A stretch of 64,000 nt of DNA from an uncultured Pelagibacteraceae bacterium (GCA_902573295.1 CACGJB010000002.1:8433-72432); one strand, 5' to 3'. Counted from the first letter of the stretch, positions 20,234 through 30,577 are shown. Made by a program: numbers and translations. The notes: generated by a model from the sequence alone, not told the origin.

Positions 20234-20703
20234 TAGTAATAAACTCCTTTTTTAAAAGACTCTTTTGGAACTGCAGGAAGTTCACCATCAATGTTTAGTC
20301 CTTCCGGTTCAGTGTAAAGTCTTTGAGAATTTAATTCACCTTGTTTAATTTTTTCACCATCGGCAAGTTTAGGAATAAATTTTCCCCACGGTTTTGTTGT
20401 TATTGGTGAAACAAAGTCTTTTGTTGTTCCGTTTCTAAATTTTATTTTCCAAGAAATAGTTCCTTTTTCTTCTTCTCTTCTTACTCTAACGCTGTGTCCC
20501 ATTGGAGCAAAGTCTGCATATCCTCTAACATCAATAGCGTGGTTAGGACAAGCTTTTACACATGAATAACATTCCCAACAAAAATTTGGTTCTATATTTT
20601 TTGCACGTCTAATATTTTCATCAATGTGCATTATATCAGATGGACAAATATCTACGCAGTGACCACATCCATCACATCTAGTCATATATACAAAAGTTGA
20701 CAT
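20233..20703 (-). CDS. aprB: APS reductase beta subunit
   Basis: Two 4Fe-4S motifs: CDGCGHCVDICP and CWECYSCVKACP. Confidence 0.97.
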   Translation of the reverse strand: MSTFVYMTRCDGCGHCVDICPSDIMHIDENIRRAKNIEPNFCWECYSCVKACPNHAIDVRGYADFAPMGHSVRVRREEEKGTISWKIKFRNGTTKDFVSPITTKPWGKFIPKLADGEKIKQGELNSQRLYTEPEGLNIDGELPAVPKESFKKGVYY

Positions 20704-20734
20704 AATTTATTTTCTTTCCTTTTTTGTTATCATA

Positions 20735-21529
20735 TTAATAATGTTTTGGCTCTTCTCTTTTTATTCCTAGGCCAAATTGCTCAGGCGCATCAGCTGGAGG
20801 TGGTAAATTATCTCTAGAGCCGTCTGCTTCAGCCAAATTTTTCTGTATTGCTGCTCCAGGCTTATAGAACATATGAGCAAATTTTGACCAATAAACTCCG
20901 CCAAATAAAACTAAATTTGAAACTACAAACAACGCAAAAAATAAAAATGACAAACCTACTTGACCATTAAATTGAGTATAAGACCAAGCTAGTCCAAAAG
21001 TTGAACATGCTAATAGTGCTAGGACAAACAAATCAGCTTTAATAATTCTATACCAAGGGTGTGCTTCGGCAGAAACATCTACTCTTAAAAAAAACCAAAA
21101 CCAAAATCCACCAACACATGTAAGTATTGCACCTACATGCCAAAGCATTGACCATAATGTAGAAGAAGTTTTATCTGCACCTGTATAACAAAACACTAAC
21201 ATTGCCGAAGCAATCCAAAAAATTATAGTTCCATACATGCCAAGAACATGTGCTAATCTTCTTTTTCCAAAACCTAATTCTGATGTTGTTCCAATATCAT
21301 AAACAGTAGTCTTAGCAATAATTTTTGCCTTCTCGGCAGCTCCAACTTCTCTTGTTGCCTGCAATTTTGCTTTTTTTGCATTGTTAAAGAAATAGGTTAA
21401 ATTTTTGTGGTGTATCATCTGAATAATTGTTCCAAAAGCAATTAAAAGAACCATTGCAATTATAAAACCTTGCATAACAACAGTAGGAACTACTTCTGAT
21501 AATAACGAAAATGGATTTGTTTCAAGCAT
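20735..21529 (-). CDS. aprM: APS reductase membrane anchor
   Basis: Multi-TM, WSKFAHMFYKP, directly upstream of aprB. Confidence 0.9.
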   Translation of the reverse strand: MLETNPFSLLSEVVPTVVMQGFIIAMVLLIAFGTIIQMIHHKNLTYFFNNAKKAKLQATREVGAAEKAKIIAKTTVYDIGTTSELGFGKRRLAHVLGMYGTIIFWIASAMLVFCYTGADKTSSTLWSMLWHVGAILTCVGGFWFWFFLRVDVSAEAHPWYRIIKADLFVLALLACSTFGLAWSYTQFNGQVGLSFLFFALFVVSNLVLFGGVYWSKFAHMFYKPGAAIQKNLAEADGSRDNLPPPADAPEQFGLGIKREEPKHY

Positions 21530-21642
21530 TTTACCCTTATCTTAAATTATTTTAAATAATTTTAAAGTTTTCTAATCTAGTTAACTCATCATATCAACAA
21601 AAACTATTGATAAATTTGTCTTTAATAACAATTAAAAAATAT

Positions 21643-22038
21643 TTACTTTCTTTTGTAATGTTGTTTTTTTGGGATCACAGACCTTACTCCTCCTTGTGGA
21701 TTCTCCACATCCCCTTCTCTTCTTGGTATTAAATGAATATGACAATGCATAATTGATTGGCCTGCTGACTTTCCTGCATTTGTACCTATATTAAAGCCTT
21801 TAACACTAAAATCTTGTTTTAAAATTTTTTCTTTAGTTTTTAGAATTAACTCATTACATGCCTGAATTTCTTCTTTGGTAAGATCAAAGTATGTCTCTAC
21901 GTGTCTTTTAGGAACGATAAGACTATGAAATTCTGAGACAGGATAGCTATCTATAGATGAATATGCTAATTCGTTTTCAAACTGTAGCTCTTCTATTCTG
22001 ATTTTGCAAAATATACAGGGGTTGTTTGGATCTTTCAT
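21643..22038 (-). CDS. HIT family nucleotide hydrolase
   Basis: CIFC, AGQSIMHCHIHLIPR histidine triad. Confidence 0.93.
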   Translation of the reverse strand: MKDPNNPCIFCKIRIEELQFENELAYSSIDSYPVSEFHSLIVPKRHVETYFDLTKEEIQACNELILKTKEKILKQDFSVKGFNIGTNAGKSAGQSIMHCHIHLIPRREGDVENPQGGVRSVIPKKQHYKRK

Positions 22039-22040
22039 AT

Positions 22041-22784
22041 TTAAACAAGAGAATTATATATTTTATTTAACTTAGTGTAGCAATTACTCTTTCTTCTCTT
22101 CCATTTAAGATCATTTATTTTTGAAACTGATGTTACTCCTTTACCAGATCCAATAAGAATTATTTCTTCGTAATCATTAATTGATTTAATTGAAATATCT
22201 TTAAAATTAATTTTTATTTTGTTGCTAATAAATTTAAGTGTATTTCCAAAATAACAATTTTTTTTAGGTGAAAAGATCTTTCCTTTTTTAACAAAAACTA
22301 AATTTGAGGTACCAGTTTCTAAAATCATGTCATTTGCAACTAAAGCAATATCAAATTTAGTTGAGTCAACTTTGCTTAATTTTGCTAATATTTTTTTATA
22401 ATATAGATTTTTATAGTTCGGCTCTACTCTTTTGTATTTAAACAATAAAAGATTAAAATTATTTTTTGGTTTTGGTCTTTTTCTAATTGAGACTGATATT
22501 AATCTTTTATTTAAAGCTATACGGAACAAATTATCAAGGCTTTTGTATATGGTATTTTTGTTAATTAAATCTTTAATTATGTTTTTTAAATTTTTTTTTC
22601 TTATTCCGTATTTTTTTGAAGATTTTACTAAGTTCTCTATATGCGGTTTTAAAAGTATTAACTTAGGAGGTTTTCCTACCATGCGCATTGTGGTGAATAC
22701 ACCTCTAGATCCCCAAAGGTCTTTGAAAGCAACTTCCTTTAGATTACTAAGCTGATAAGATTTTTTTAATAAGAGTGTTGCCAT
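22041..22784 (-). CDS. Class IV aminotransferase family (PabC-like)
   Basis: GVFTTMR, ETGTSNL; in an operon with pabAB-like genes. Confidence 0.75.
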   Translation of the reverse strand: MATLLLKKSYQLSNLKEVAFKDLWGSRGVFTTMRMVGKPPKLILLKPHIENLVKSSKKYGIRKKNLKNIIKDLINKNTIYKSLDNLFRIALNKRLISVSIRKRPKPKNNFNLLLFKYKRVEPNYKNLYYKKILAKLSKVDSTKFDIALVANDMILETGTSNLVFVKKGKIFSPKKNCYFGNTLKFISNKIKINFKDISIKSINDYEEIILIGSGKGVTSVSKINDLKWKRRKSNCYTKLNKIYNSLV

Positions 22785-23304
22785 TTTCTGTTAAAAAAGA
22801 TTCTGGATGAAATTGAAATCCATATATTTTATTTTGATTGTCCTCAAATCCCATTGGTATTTTTGTTCTACTACATCTCATAGTTATTTTAATTGAATTC
22901 GATTTAAATGGCTCCATTAATTTTAATGAATGATATCTTCCAACTTTAAACTGTTGATTGTTTTTGAAGATTTGACTTTGATTATTTGTTTTTATTTTGG
23001 ATTGAAAACCATGATAAATTTTTTTTTGCTGTATTATTTTGCCTCCTTCATTATGCAAAATCATTTGATAACCAAGACAAATGCCAATAATTTTTTTCCT
23101 TCCTTTATATTTTTTATAAATTTTTGAAGTAGTTGGATAATCCTTTGGTGACCCAGGTCCTGGAGATAAAACGATCACATTACTTTTATCAAGTAGTTTA
23201 TGATTTAACTCATAATAGTTTGTACAAATTACTTTATCAAATTTTGTAAATTGATGAACAACATTCCAAGTAAAAGAGTCTTGATGATCTATAATATAAA
23301 TCAT
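22747..23304 (-). CDS. pabA: Aminodeoxychorismate/anthranilate synthase component II (glutamine amidotransferase)
   Basis: DSFTWN, SPGPG, GICLG, FHPES. Confidence 0.8.
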   Translation of the reverse strand: MIYIIDHQDSFTWNVVHQFTKFDKVICTNYYELNHKLLDKSNVIVLSPGPGSPKDYPTTSKIYKKYKGRKKIIGICLGYQMILHNEGGKIIQQKKIYHGFQSKIKTNNQSQIFKNNQQFKVGRYHSLKLMEPFKSNSIKITMRCSRTKIPMGFEDNQNKIYGFQFHPESFLTENGNTLIKKILSA

Positions 23305-24515
23305 TTAAATAACTCCAATAAAGATTTTGCTTTAATATAATTCTCATTAAATTCTTTCTTAGGTGAACTATCTAATACTACTCCAGATGCAGCAGAGATC
23401 TCTGATTGATTTTTATAATTTAATATAGATCTAATTATAATATTAAATTTCATATCTTTATTAAATTTAATAAATCCAAAACTTCCTGTAAAAATATTTC
23501 TACTTTCTTTTTCTTGATTATTTAAAAGTTCTAATGTTCTTATTTTAGGACAACCAATTACGGATCCTCCTGGCATCATTGCTTTAATGATATCAATCAA
23601 TTTTGTATTTTTATTTAATATTCCGCCTATTGAAGTCACATAATGAAAAAGATGCTTATATTCTTCAACGTATTTTTTTTTTAATATTTTAACACTTCCT
23701 GGTTTACAAATTTTGGATAAATCATTTCTTTCCATATCAACTATCATGTTGTGCTCTTTGGTTTCTTTCTCGTTATTTTTGAAATATTTTAAAGCTATAT
23801 TTTTATTGGATAATAATTTTTTCTTAAAAGTACCGGCTATTGGTTTTGTTGTAATTTTGTTTTTTTTCTTATCTATTAATGTTTCAGGAGAACAACTTAC
23901 TATAGAGTAATCCTTATCTTTTATCATAAATGACTCTGGGGACGCATTAACACGCATTAATTTCCAAAAAAAATTAACAGGATTAATTAATGATTTATTC
24001 TTATATTTTGTACAAATTTTAATTTGATAAGTTTCTCCTTGTCTTATTTTTTTTGAAAATAATTCAAATATTTTTTTATATTTTTCATAAGAAATGTTAA
24101 TCTTAAAGGGACTTAGTATTTGAGTTTTGCTGAATTGATAATTGAATGTATGTTTTTTTATACTAGATATTACTTTAATATCTTTTCTAATTTTAATTAT
24201 TGTCTCGGGTTTATAAAAAACCCCTTTATAAAAATTAATTCTTTTTTTGTTTTTTAGATTAATACCAATTAAATTACATAAAATTTCATAACCAAAAAAA
24301 CCAAGATATAAATCAGTTTCTTTTTTGTATTTTTTTTTTTCTAATGATTTAAGAAAATTATGTATATTTTTTTTTGTTAAAACAATTTTTTTGGAAAAAT
24401 CAGTGTAAATGTTATACCCATCATCTACTTTATAAATAATTAAAGGTTTATCTGATTGATACAAATCCTCTAAATAAGGGTTAAATTTAAATTTATGCTG
24501 GTTGAGTTCTTTCAA
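23301..24515 (-). CDS. pabB: Chorismate-binding protein (aminodeoxychorismate synthase component I-like)
   Basis: SPE, TKPIAGT, EHNMIVDMERNDL, PGGSVIGCPK. Confidence 0.8.
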   Translation of the reverse strand: MKELNQHKFKFNPYLEDLYQSDKPLIIYKVDDGYNIYTDFSKKIVLTKKNIHNFLKSLEKKKYKKETDLYLGFFGYEILCNLIGINLKNKKRINFYKGVFYKPETIIKIRKDIKVISSIKKHTFNYQFSKTQILSPFKINISYEKYKKIFELFSKKIRQGETYQIKICTKYKNKSLINPVNFFWKLMRVNASPESFMIKDKDYSIVSCSPETLIDKKKNKITTKPIAGTFKKKLLSNKNIALKYFKNNEKETKEHNMIVDMERNDLSKICKPGSVKILKKKYVEEYKHLFHYVTSIGGILNKNTKLIDIIKAMMPGGSVIGCPKIRTLELLNNQEKESRNIFTGSFGFIKFNKDMKFNIIIRSILNYKNQSEISAASGVVLDSSPKKEFNENYIKAKSLLELFK

Positions 24516-25707
24516 TTGCTATCTCTTTTATAGGCAAATGTATCAAACCTGCAAAAATTGATAATGCGATAGATCCGTACCAAGCATAATCAAAATTTCC
24601 ATTCAATTCATAGAATACGCCACTCAAATATGCTCCTAAGAAAGATCCAATTTGATGACTTACAAATACTATTCCATACAGCATACCAACGTATTTAGTT
24701 CCAAATATATGTGCAACGATACCATTTGTGGGTGGTACAGTAGATAGCCATAAAAAACCAAAGGTTATGCCAAAAATTATAGAGTTAATAACACTTGGTG
24801 GAAAAAAAATAAAAATAATTATAGAAACACCTCTTAGCAAATAAATTGAACTTAAAATATATTTTTTACTGTATCTTGTTGCTAAATAACCACTAACAAT
24901 CGTTCCTACCATGTTAAAAAGACCAATTAATGATAGTACAGTTGTAGCACACCAATCTGGTAAACCATTGTCCATCATATAAGTTGGTATATGCGTTGCT
25001 ACTAATGCTATATGCCATCCACAAACAAAAAATCCTAAAGTTAGATAAATAAAACTTTTATTTGAAAGTGCTTCTTTTAAAGCCTCTGTTGCTGTTTGAT
25101 TAGTATTATAATTACTTCCTACTGGTATTTTGGGAGTGCTAACAAATAAAGCAACTAACAAACCTAAGCCTAATAAAAAACAAAAATATAACATCGTAGG
25201 TTCCCAGCCATTCTCGCTTAGGGAATAACTTACAAATATTGGAGAAACAAAATATCCAAAGGAACCTGCACTAGTGACTATTCCTGTGGCCATTGTTCTT
25301 TTTGAGGCAGGATAATGTTTTGCTACCACTGAAACTGGAATGCTAATAGCAGTAGATCCAAGACCTACTCCAATTAAAATTCCTATTGTGTATATGAAAT
25401 TAACACCAGTATTAAATCCCAAATAAAAAAGTAGCACCCCAGCTAAATAAAATAGAAATCCTATAAAGATTGCAATACTACCACCATACTTATCTGTAAT
25501 TACTCCAAATAACGGATTAAAAGCTCCCCATAAAAATAATTGTAATCCCATAGCAAATCCAAATTGTGAAATTGTTATGTCTAAATCTGTTGAAAAATCA
25601 AAATAAAATAATCCAAAGGTTTGTCTTATTCCTAAAGAAATAATAACTACTAAGCAGCATGCAATAAGAGTTATGAATGCAGTTTTGTTTGGAAAAAAAT
25701 TATTCAC
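24493..25707 (-). CDS. MFS transporter
   Basis: About 12 TM, GIRQTFG, GFFVCGWH, WLSTVPPT. Confidence 0.9.
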   Translation of the reverse strand: MNNFFPNKTAFITLIACCLVVIISLGIRQTFGLFYFDFSTDLDITISQFGFAMGLQLFLWGAFNPLFGVITDKYGGSIAIFIGFLFYLAGVLLFYLGFNTGVNFIYTIGILIGVGLGSTAISIPVSVVAKHYPASKRTMATGIVTSAGSFGYFVSPIFVSYSLSENGWEPTMLYFCFLLGLGLLVALFVSTPKIPVGSNYNTNQTATEALKEALSNKSFIYLTLGFFVCGWHIALVATHIPTYMMDNGLPDWCATTVLSLIGLFNMVGTIVSGYLATRYSKKYILSSIYLLRGVSIIIFIFFPPSVINSIIFGITFGFLWLSTVPPTNGIVAHIFGTKYVGMLYGIVFVSHQIGSFLGAYLSGVFYELNGNFDYAWYGSIALSIFAGLIHLPIKEIAIERTQPA

Positions 25708-25711
25708 AATT

Positions 25712-26887
25712 TTATTTTATAAATTTTAAAGCTTTTTTAAGATCATTAATTAGATCGTTGGGATCTTCCAGTCCAATGTGAAGTCTAACTAAGTGTTCAT
25801 CTTTAGCTAAATTTAAAAATTTTCTATTTCCTGTTTCTCTGTATTCTTGATGCAAGGCTAAACTTTCAAAACCTCCCCAACTATATCCGTATCCAAATAA
25901 TTTTAATGAATTAACAAACTTTCTTACAGATTTAATATTTTTGCATTTTATCTTTAAACCCATTAACCCAGATGCTCCTGAGTAATATTTTTTCCACATT
26001 CTAAAATTATAAGAGTTTTTTTTATATGGATAGAGTAGTTTTATATTTTTGAATTTGGATAAAAATTCGGCAACTTTTTTTGCATTTTCTCTATGTTTGT
26101 CTAATCTAACATCTAAAGTCCTCAAACCTCTTGTAATTAAATAAGCATCATCAGGCCCTAATCTTAAACCTGTAATCCTATCAGCAGCTTTTACCCTAGG
26201 GAATACTTTTTTATTAACAGCTAATGAGCCACCCATCACATCCGAATGACCAGAATAATATTTTGTCGCTGATACAATTGACATATCAAAACCTAGTTTG
26301 ATAGGTTTTAAGAAGTAAGGAGTTCCCCAGGTATTGTCTATCGCAGTTAAAATTTTATGTTTTTTTGCAATGGAAAGAATTTTTCCGATATCTTGAAAAT
26401 CAAAAGAGTTGCTACCTGGATTTTCGACAAATATTAACTTTGTTTTTTTTGTTATGCTTTTTTCTAATGTTTTTAAATCATGAGGATTATAAAATGATGT
26501 TTTGATATTAAATTCTTTCAAAAAATTTTCAGTCAATAATCTTGTTGGGCTATAAACAGGATCTGCTGCAATAATTTCGTCACCCGGTCTTGTTACGCTA
26601 AATATCGCTAAAAAAACTGCACCAAAACCGGTTGGTGTAGTAAACACATGATAACTTTCCTCAAGCTTTGTTAAAATTTTTTGTAATATATAAGTTGTTG
26701 ATGTTCCCTGCCTACCGTAATCATAATGTCCACCTGTGGGGTTCTTAATTGCTTTAGCTTGTGTTTTTCTAATATCCTTCATTGATTTAAAGATAATAGT
26801 AGAGGCTCTTACTACAGGCGGATTCACTGACTGATTATGAAAATCTTTAGCTGTATGCTTGAGAAACGTCTTAAAAGAATTGCTCAT
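25712..26887 (-). CDS. metC: Cystathionine beta-lyase
   Basis: VNPPVVRAST, DNTW, SATKYYSGHSD (PLP lysine), SWGGFESL. Confidence 0.9.
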   Translation of the reverse strand: MSNSFKTFLKHTAKDFHNQSVNPPVVRASTIIFKSMKDIRKTQAKAIKNPTGGHYDYGRQGTSTTYILQKILTKLEESYHVFTTPTGFGAVFLAIFSVTRPGDEIIAADPVYSPTRLLTENFLKEFNIKTSFYNPHDLKTLEKSITKKTKLIFVENPGSNSFDFQDIGKILSIAKKHKILTAIDNTWGTPYFLKPIKLGFDMSIVSATKYYSGHSDVMGGSLAVNKKVFPRVKAADRITGLRLGPDDAYLITRGLRTLDVRLDKHRENAKKVAEFLSKFKNIKLLYPYKKNSYNFRMWKKYYSGASGLMGLKIKCKNIKSVRKFVNSLKLFGYGYSWGGFESLALHQEYRETGNRKFLNLAKDEHLVRLHIGLEDPNDLINDLKKALKFIK

Positions 26888-26962
26888 AATTAAATTTGAT
26901 AAGTTGAAAAGACAATGCTATATCCGACCAGTAATTTCAATTAAATTATAAGAAGGAAAAAA

Positions 26963-27046
26963 ATGGGTTATCCAAAAAAACATAGGGGTCGAAGAAAGCA
27001 GGGCTCAAAAAAAAGAAGAGCAAAGAGAAAAAATAAGAAAAAATAA
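26963..27046 (+). CDS. Very small, highly basic protein (27 aa)
   Basis: AGAAGGA RBS, then MGYPKKHRGRRKQGSKKRRAKRKNKKK*. Confidence 0.65.
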   Translation: MGYPKKHRGRRKQGSKKRRAKRKNKKK

Positions 27047-27052
27047 TCTCAA

Positions 27053-27763
27053 ATGGAGCAGATAAATAGAGTAAAATCTATCAGTGTATGGATTTTTATC
27101 ATACCCTTTGTGGCTGTTAATACCTGTTTAATACTCATAACCCAATTTCATGAAATATTTCCAAACCAAGAGGATATAATTCATAATACCTTTCCTTATT
27201 TTGATGGAGGAGCGTCTATTAGCAGAACAGCTAGACCCTATCCGAGTTGGTTAATTTTTAAACCAGCAATGTTTTTAACCTCTTTTCTTCTTATAAAATA
27301 TTGGATTTACAACAAACAAATTATTGAGCGTTTTGATGAAAATCATAAGTATAAAAATAAAGTTATATTTTTTGGTATAGCTTCAGCTATAGCTTTGACA
27401 GTACATTCAATTTTTCTTGGAATAAAATTTGATAATGATCTTTATAAACTTTTTAGAAGAGTTGTAATGCTATCATTTATAATTTTTGAAATTGTTGCAC
27501 AAGCATATTTAGTTGCATTTTTATATTCTTTTAAAAATAAATTGAGCACTTATATCAACAACATTTATCTTAAATTAAAATTAATTTTAGTCTCATCATT
27601 AATTATTGTGGCTATAGTTAGCATACCAATTATAAGCTTACCAGGTAACGAATTTTTAGGTTTTAATTTAAAATTTTTTAAACATGCGCTTGAATGGGAT
27701 TATTTTATTGCTGTAATTTCTTTTTATCTTCTGACTTTTTTAATGTGGAAAAAAACTAATTAA
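27053..27763 (+). CDS. Hypothetical multi-pass membrane protein (Frag1/DRAM-like topology)
   Basis: About 6 [17 protein letters not shown]. Confidence 0.7.
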   Translation: MEQINRVKSISVWIFIIPFVAVNTCLILITQFHEIFPNQEDIIHNTFPYFDGGASISRTARPYPSWLIFKPAMFLTSFLLIKYWIYNKQIIERFDENHKYKNKVIFFGIASAIALTVHSIFLGIKFDNDLYKLFRRVVMLSFIIFEIVAQAYLVAFLYSFKNKLSTYINNIYLKLKLILVSSLIIVAIVSIPIISLPGNEFLGFNLKFFKHALEWDYFIAVISFYLLTFLMWKKTN

Positions 27764-28874
27764 CTATCCAACCTCCTCCAAGAACTTTTTCTCCATATTG
27801 ATCTTTTTTATAAAATACACAGGCTTGACCAGGTGAAATTCCATCTTCTGGATTAAAAAGATTAATCTTTGCTTTATTATTATCAATTAAATCAATTTTT
27901 GCTTTTAAGAGACTCCCGGTAGATCTTACTTTAACAAATATATTTTGTTCTAAATCATCTTTATTAGATAACAAATTAATATCCTTTAAAAAAATTACTT
28001 TTTTTCCAAGTTTTTCTTTAGGACCAACTATTATTTCATTTTTATCTGAATTAATCTTTAACACATAAAGAGCTTCTTTATCTGAAACTTTAATGCCTTT
28101 ACGTTGTCCAATTGTAAAATTAATAATTCCATCATGAACACCTATTACATCACCTTCTAAGTTTTTTATATTTCCTTTCTGAAAAGAGTCTGGTCTGAAT
28201 TTTTGTATTACAGATGCATAATCGCCATTAGGAACAAAACAGATGTCTTGACTATCAGGTTTATCCGCAACGTTTAAGTCAAGATTTTTTGCAATTTCTC
28301 TAGTTTTATCTTTTAACATTCCTCCTAATGGAAATCTTAAATAATCTAGTTGCTCTCTAGTTGTATTAAATAAAAAATAACTTTGATCTCTATTTTCATC
28401 AATAGCTCTATACATATTGGTGGTATTGTTTTCTGTAATACTTTTAACATAGTGCCCAGTAACTAAAGCATCAGCTTTAAGTTCTTTTGAAACTTCAAAT
28501 AAATCTTTAAATTTGACAGTTTGATTGCACTGAACACATGGAATTGGAGTTTCACCTTTCAAATAACTCTCAACAAAATTATCAATAACACCCTGTTTAA
28601 ACTTATCTTGATAATAAAGAATTCTATGGTCAATATTTAATTTATGCGCTACTCGTTTAGCATCCATTATATCTTGACCTGAGCAACATTGCTTTGATGT
28701 GGCAACTTCTTTTCCATCATCATAAAGTTTCAAAGTTATTCCAATAACTTTGTATCCTTCTTTTTTCATAATTCCTGCAACAGTTGATGAGTCTACTCCA
28801 CCCGACATTGCAACAACTACAGTTGTCTCTGAGGGTTTTTTATCTATGCCAATAGAATTTAAATTTTTATTCAT
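27756..28874 (-). CDS. mnmA: tRNA 2-thiouridylase
   Basis: [32 protein letters not shown]. Confidence 0.97.
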   Translation of the reverse strand: MNKNLNSIGIDKKPSETTVVVAMSGGVDSSTVAGIMKKEGYKVIGITLKLYDDGKEVATSKQCCSGQDIMDAKRVAHKLNIDHRILYYQDKFKQGVIDNFVESYLKGETPIPCVQCNQTVKFKDLFEVSKELKADALVTGHYVKSITENNTTNMYRAIDENRDQSYFLFNTTREQLDYLRFPLGGMLKDKTREIAKNLDLNVADKPDSQDICFVPNGDYASVIQKFRPDSFQKGNIKNLEGDVIGVHDGIINFTIGQRKGIKVSDKEALYVLKINSDKNEIIVGPKEKLGKKVIFLKDINLLSNKDDLEQNIFVKVRSTGSLLKAKIDLIDNNKAKINLFNPEDGISPGQACVFYKKDQYGEKVLGGGWIVN

Positions 28875-28915
28875 AAGCTGGTATTTATACTTATTTACAA
28901 TATAAGTTAAATTAA

Positions 28916-29086
28916 ATGATTTTAGATTATGAACCAGGTGACAAAGTCACTAATCCTCAAAAAAAAGAATGGGGAATTGGGCAAGTACAATCTATAATTA
29001 ACGGTAAAGTGACAGTTAATTTTGAAAATGTTGGAAAGAAAGTAATTAATGCAAAAAATGTTGATTTAAAAAAACTGGGAAAATGA
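28916..29086 (+). CDS. DUF3553-like small protein (56 aa)
   Basis: Read manually: [56 protein letters not shown]; ATGA overlap with cysQ. Confidence 0.85.
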   Translation: MILDYEPGDKVTNPQKKEWGIGQVQSIINGKVTVNFENVGKKVINAKNVDLKKLGK

Positions 29087-29853
29087 AGATTGACTTAAAA
29101 GAGATTGTTAGAAGTTTAGTAAAAGATTTTTTAGAGGCTGGAGATTTGGCTATCCAATTAAGAGAAAAGGGTTTGGAAAAAAAAATAAAATCAGACAATA
29201 CACCTGTAAGTAACGGTGATTTAGAAGTAAACAAATTTATATTAAAAAAAATTTCTGAGGTTACTCCTAATTTACCTATCATTTCAGAGGAGACCTCTGA
29301 AAATAAAGATAACCCTGATTTAAAAAATTTCTGGCTTGTTGATCCTATTGATGGAACTTATGATTATATTAATAATCTAGAAGAATTTACTATTAACGCT
29401 GGTTTAATTATCAACAATAAACCTGTTGCAGGATTAATAAATGCTCCTGCAAAAAAAAGAATGTTTTACTCCTATGAAAAAGGTAATGCTTTTGAGCTTA
29501 GCAATGGTAAAGAAATAAACTTAAGCAATGTCCCTGCTAAGAAAACAAAAAATTTAAAATTTATTTCATACTCAACCAAAATAAAACCAGAAATTCAAAA
29601 AATTTATAATGATTTGGGAGTAAAAGAATATACTAGAATGAAAAGTTCTTTGAAATTCTGTGTTGTTGCTGCAGGTGAATATGATGGTTATGTTGCTGAA
29701 CCTAGGGCGTATGAATGGGATATCGCAGCTGGTCATGCAATTTTAGATCACGCTGGTGGGGCTGTAACTGATTTTGAAGGAAATGAAATTTTGTATGGCA
29801 AACAAGGTCTGAAAAATCCAAGTATAATTTTGAAAAATAAAAATATTTTATAA
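29083..29853 (+). CDS. cysQ: 3'(2'),5'-bisphosphate nucleotidase
   Basis: ISEE, DPIDGT, SSLKFC, WDIAAG. Confidence 0.88.
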   Translation: MKIDLKEIVRSLVKDFLEAGDLAIQLREKGLEKKIKSDNTPVSNGDLEVNKFILKKISEVTPNLPIISEETSENKDNPDLKNFWLVDPIDGTYDYINNLEEFTINAGLIINNKPVAGLINAPAKKRMFYSYEKGNAFELSNGKEINLSNVPAKKTKNLKFISYSTKIKPEIQKIYNDLGVKEYTRMKSSLKFCVVAAGEYDGYVAEPRAYEWDIAAGHAILDHAGGAVTDFEGNEILYGKQGLKNPSIILKNKNIL

Positions 29854-29996
29854 TGGATGAACAATTAAGAATAATATTAATAATTATTGTTTCAGTTTCA
29901 ATTTTTGGATTATTGGTGTTTGTTTTTGTAAAAAATTATGTAAGAAATAAAATAAATCAACTTGTTAATGAAGAAAAAGATAAAAAGTTAAAGTAG
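29853..29996 (+). CDS. Small single-TM hypothetical protein (47 aa)
   Basis: TAATG overlap with the cysQ stop; MDEQLRIILIIIVSVSIFGLLVFVFVKNYVRNKINQLVNEEKDKKLK. Confidence 0.6.
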   Translation: MDEQLRIILIIIVSVSIFGLLVFVFVKNYVRNKINQLVNEEKDKKLK

Positions 29997-30551
29997 ATTT
30001 ATTATTTTTAGATATTCGTCTTTTTGTATATCCATTACTTTTTTTGATGTTTCAAAATCAAATCCATTTCTTGCAAGTAAAGATATATCTTTTTTATAAA
30101 ATAAAGTTCTATTGTCCTCTGCTCTGGCTGGGCCAATTCTTTTTTTTTTACATAATTTAATTGCTGAAAAAAAATCTTGATCAGAATTATCTTCCTTAAT
30201 TTTATCTACTGTATCCTTGATAAATGTTTCATTAATCCCTTTTCCAATTAAATAATTTCTAATCTTATTAATTGAATTTCCCCTTTGAATCATGCTTTTA
30301 GCTTTACTTTCAGAATAAAATTGGTCATTTATAAATCTGTTTTTTTCTAGATCAGACAAAACAATATCAATCAGTTTATTTACATCTTTTTTTCTTACAT
30401 CGGACGCTGATAGTTTCATGTATTTTTTTAACAAATAAGTTTTGAGTTGTTGTTTTGAAGGAGCGTACTTTTCAACATAAGCAAAGGCAAAATTGCGCAT
30501 CTCATCAACAGTTACTTGAAGTGTTTTTTTTCTATTTCTTATAGGAATCAT
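29988..30551 (-). CDS. recX: RecX family regulatory protein
   Basis: FINDQFYSE, RGNS, KKRIGP, LARNGF. Confidence 0.8.
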   Translation of the reverse strand: MIPIRNRKKTLQVTVDEMRNFAFAYVEKYAPSKQQLKTYLLKKYMKLSASDVRKKDVNKLIDIVLSDLEKNRFINDQFYSESKAKSMIQRGNSINKIRNYLIGKGINETFIKDTVDKIKEDNSDQDFFSAIKLCKKKRIGPARAEDNRTLFYKKDISLLARNGFDFETSKKVMDIQKDEYLKIINLL

Positions 30552-30577
30552 TGTTAGATTTAATATAATATATCTAA

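Noticed and set aside
18374-21529. Dissimilatory sulfate reduction
   Set aside because: AprM-type anchor, no qmo, dsr or sat in the window; fits the oxidative direction
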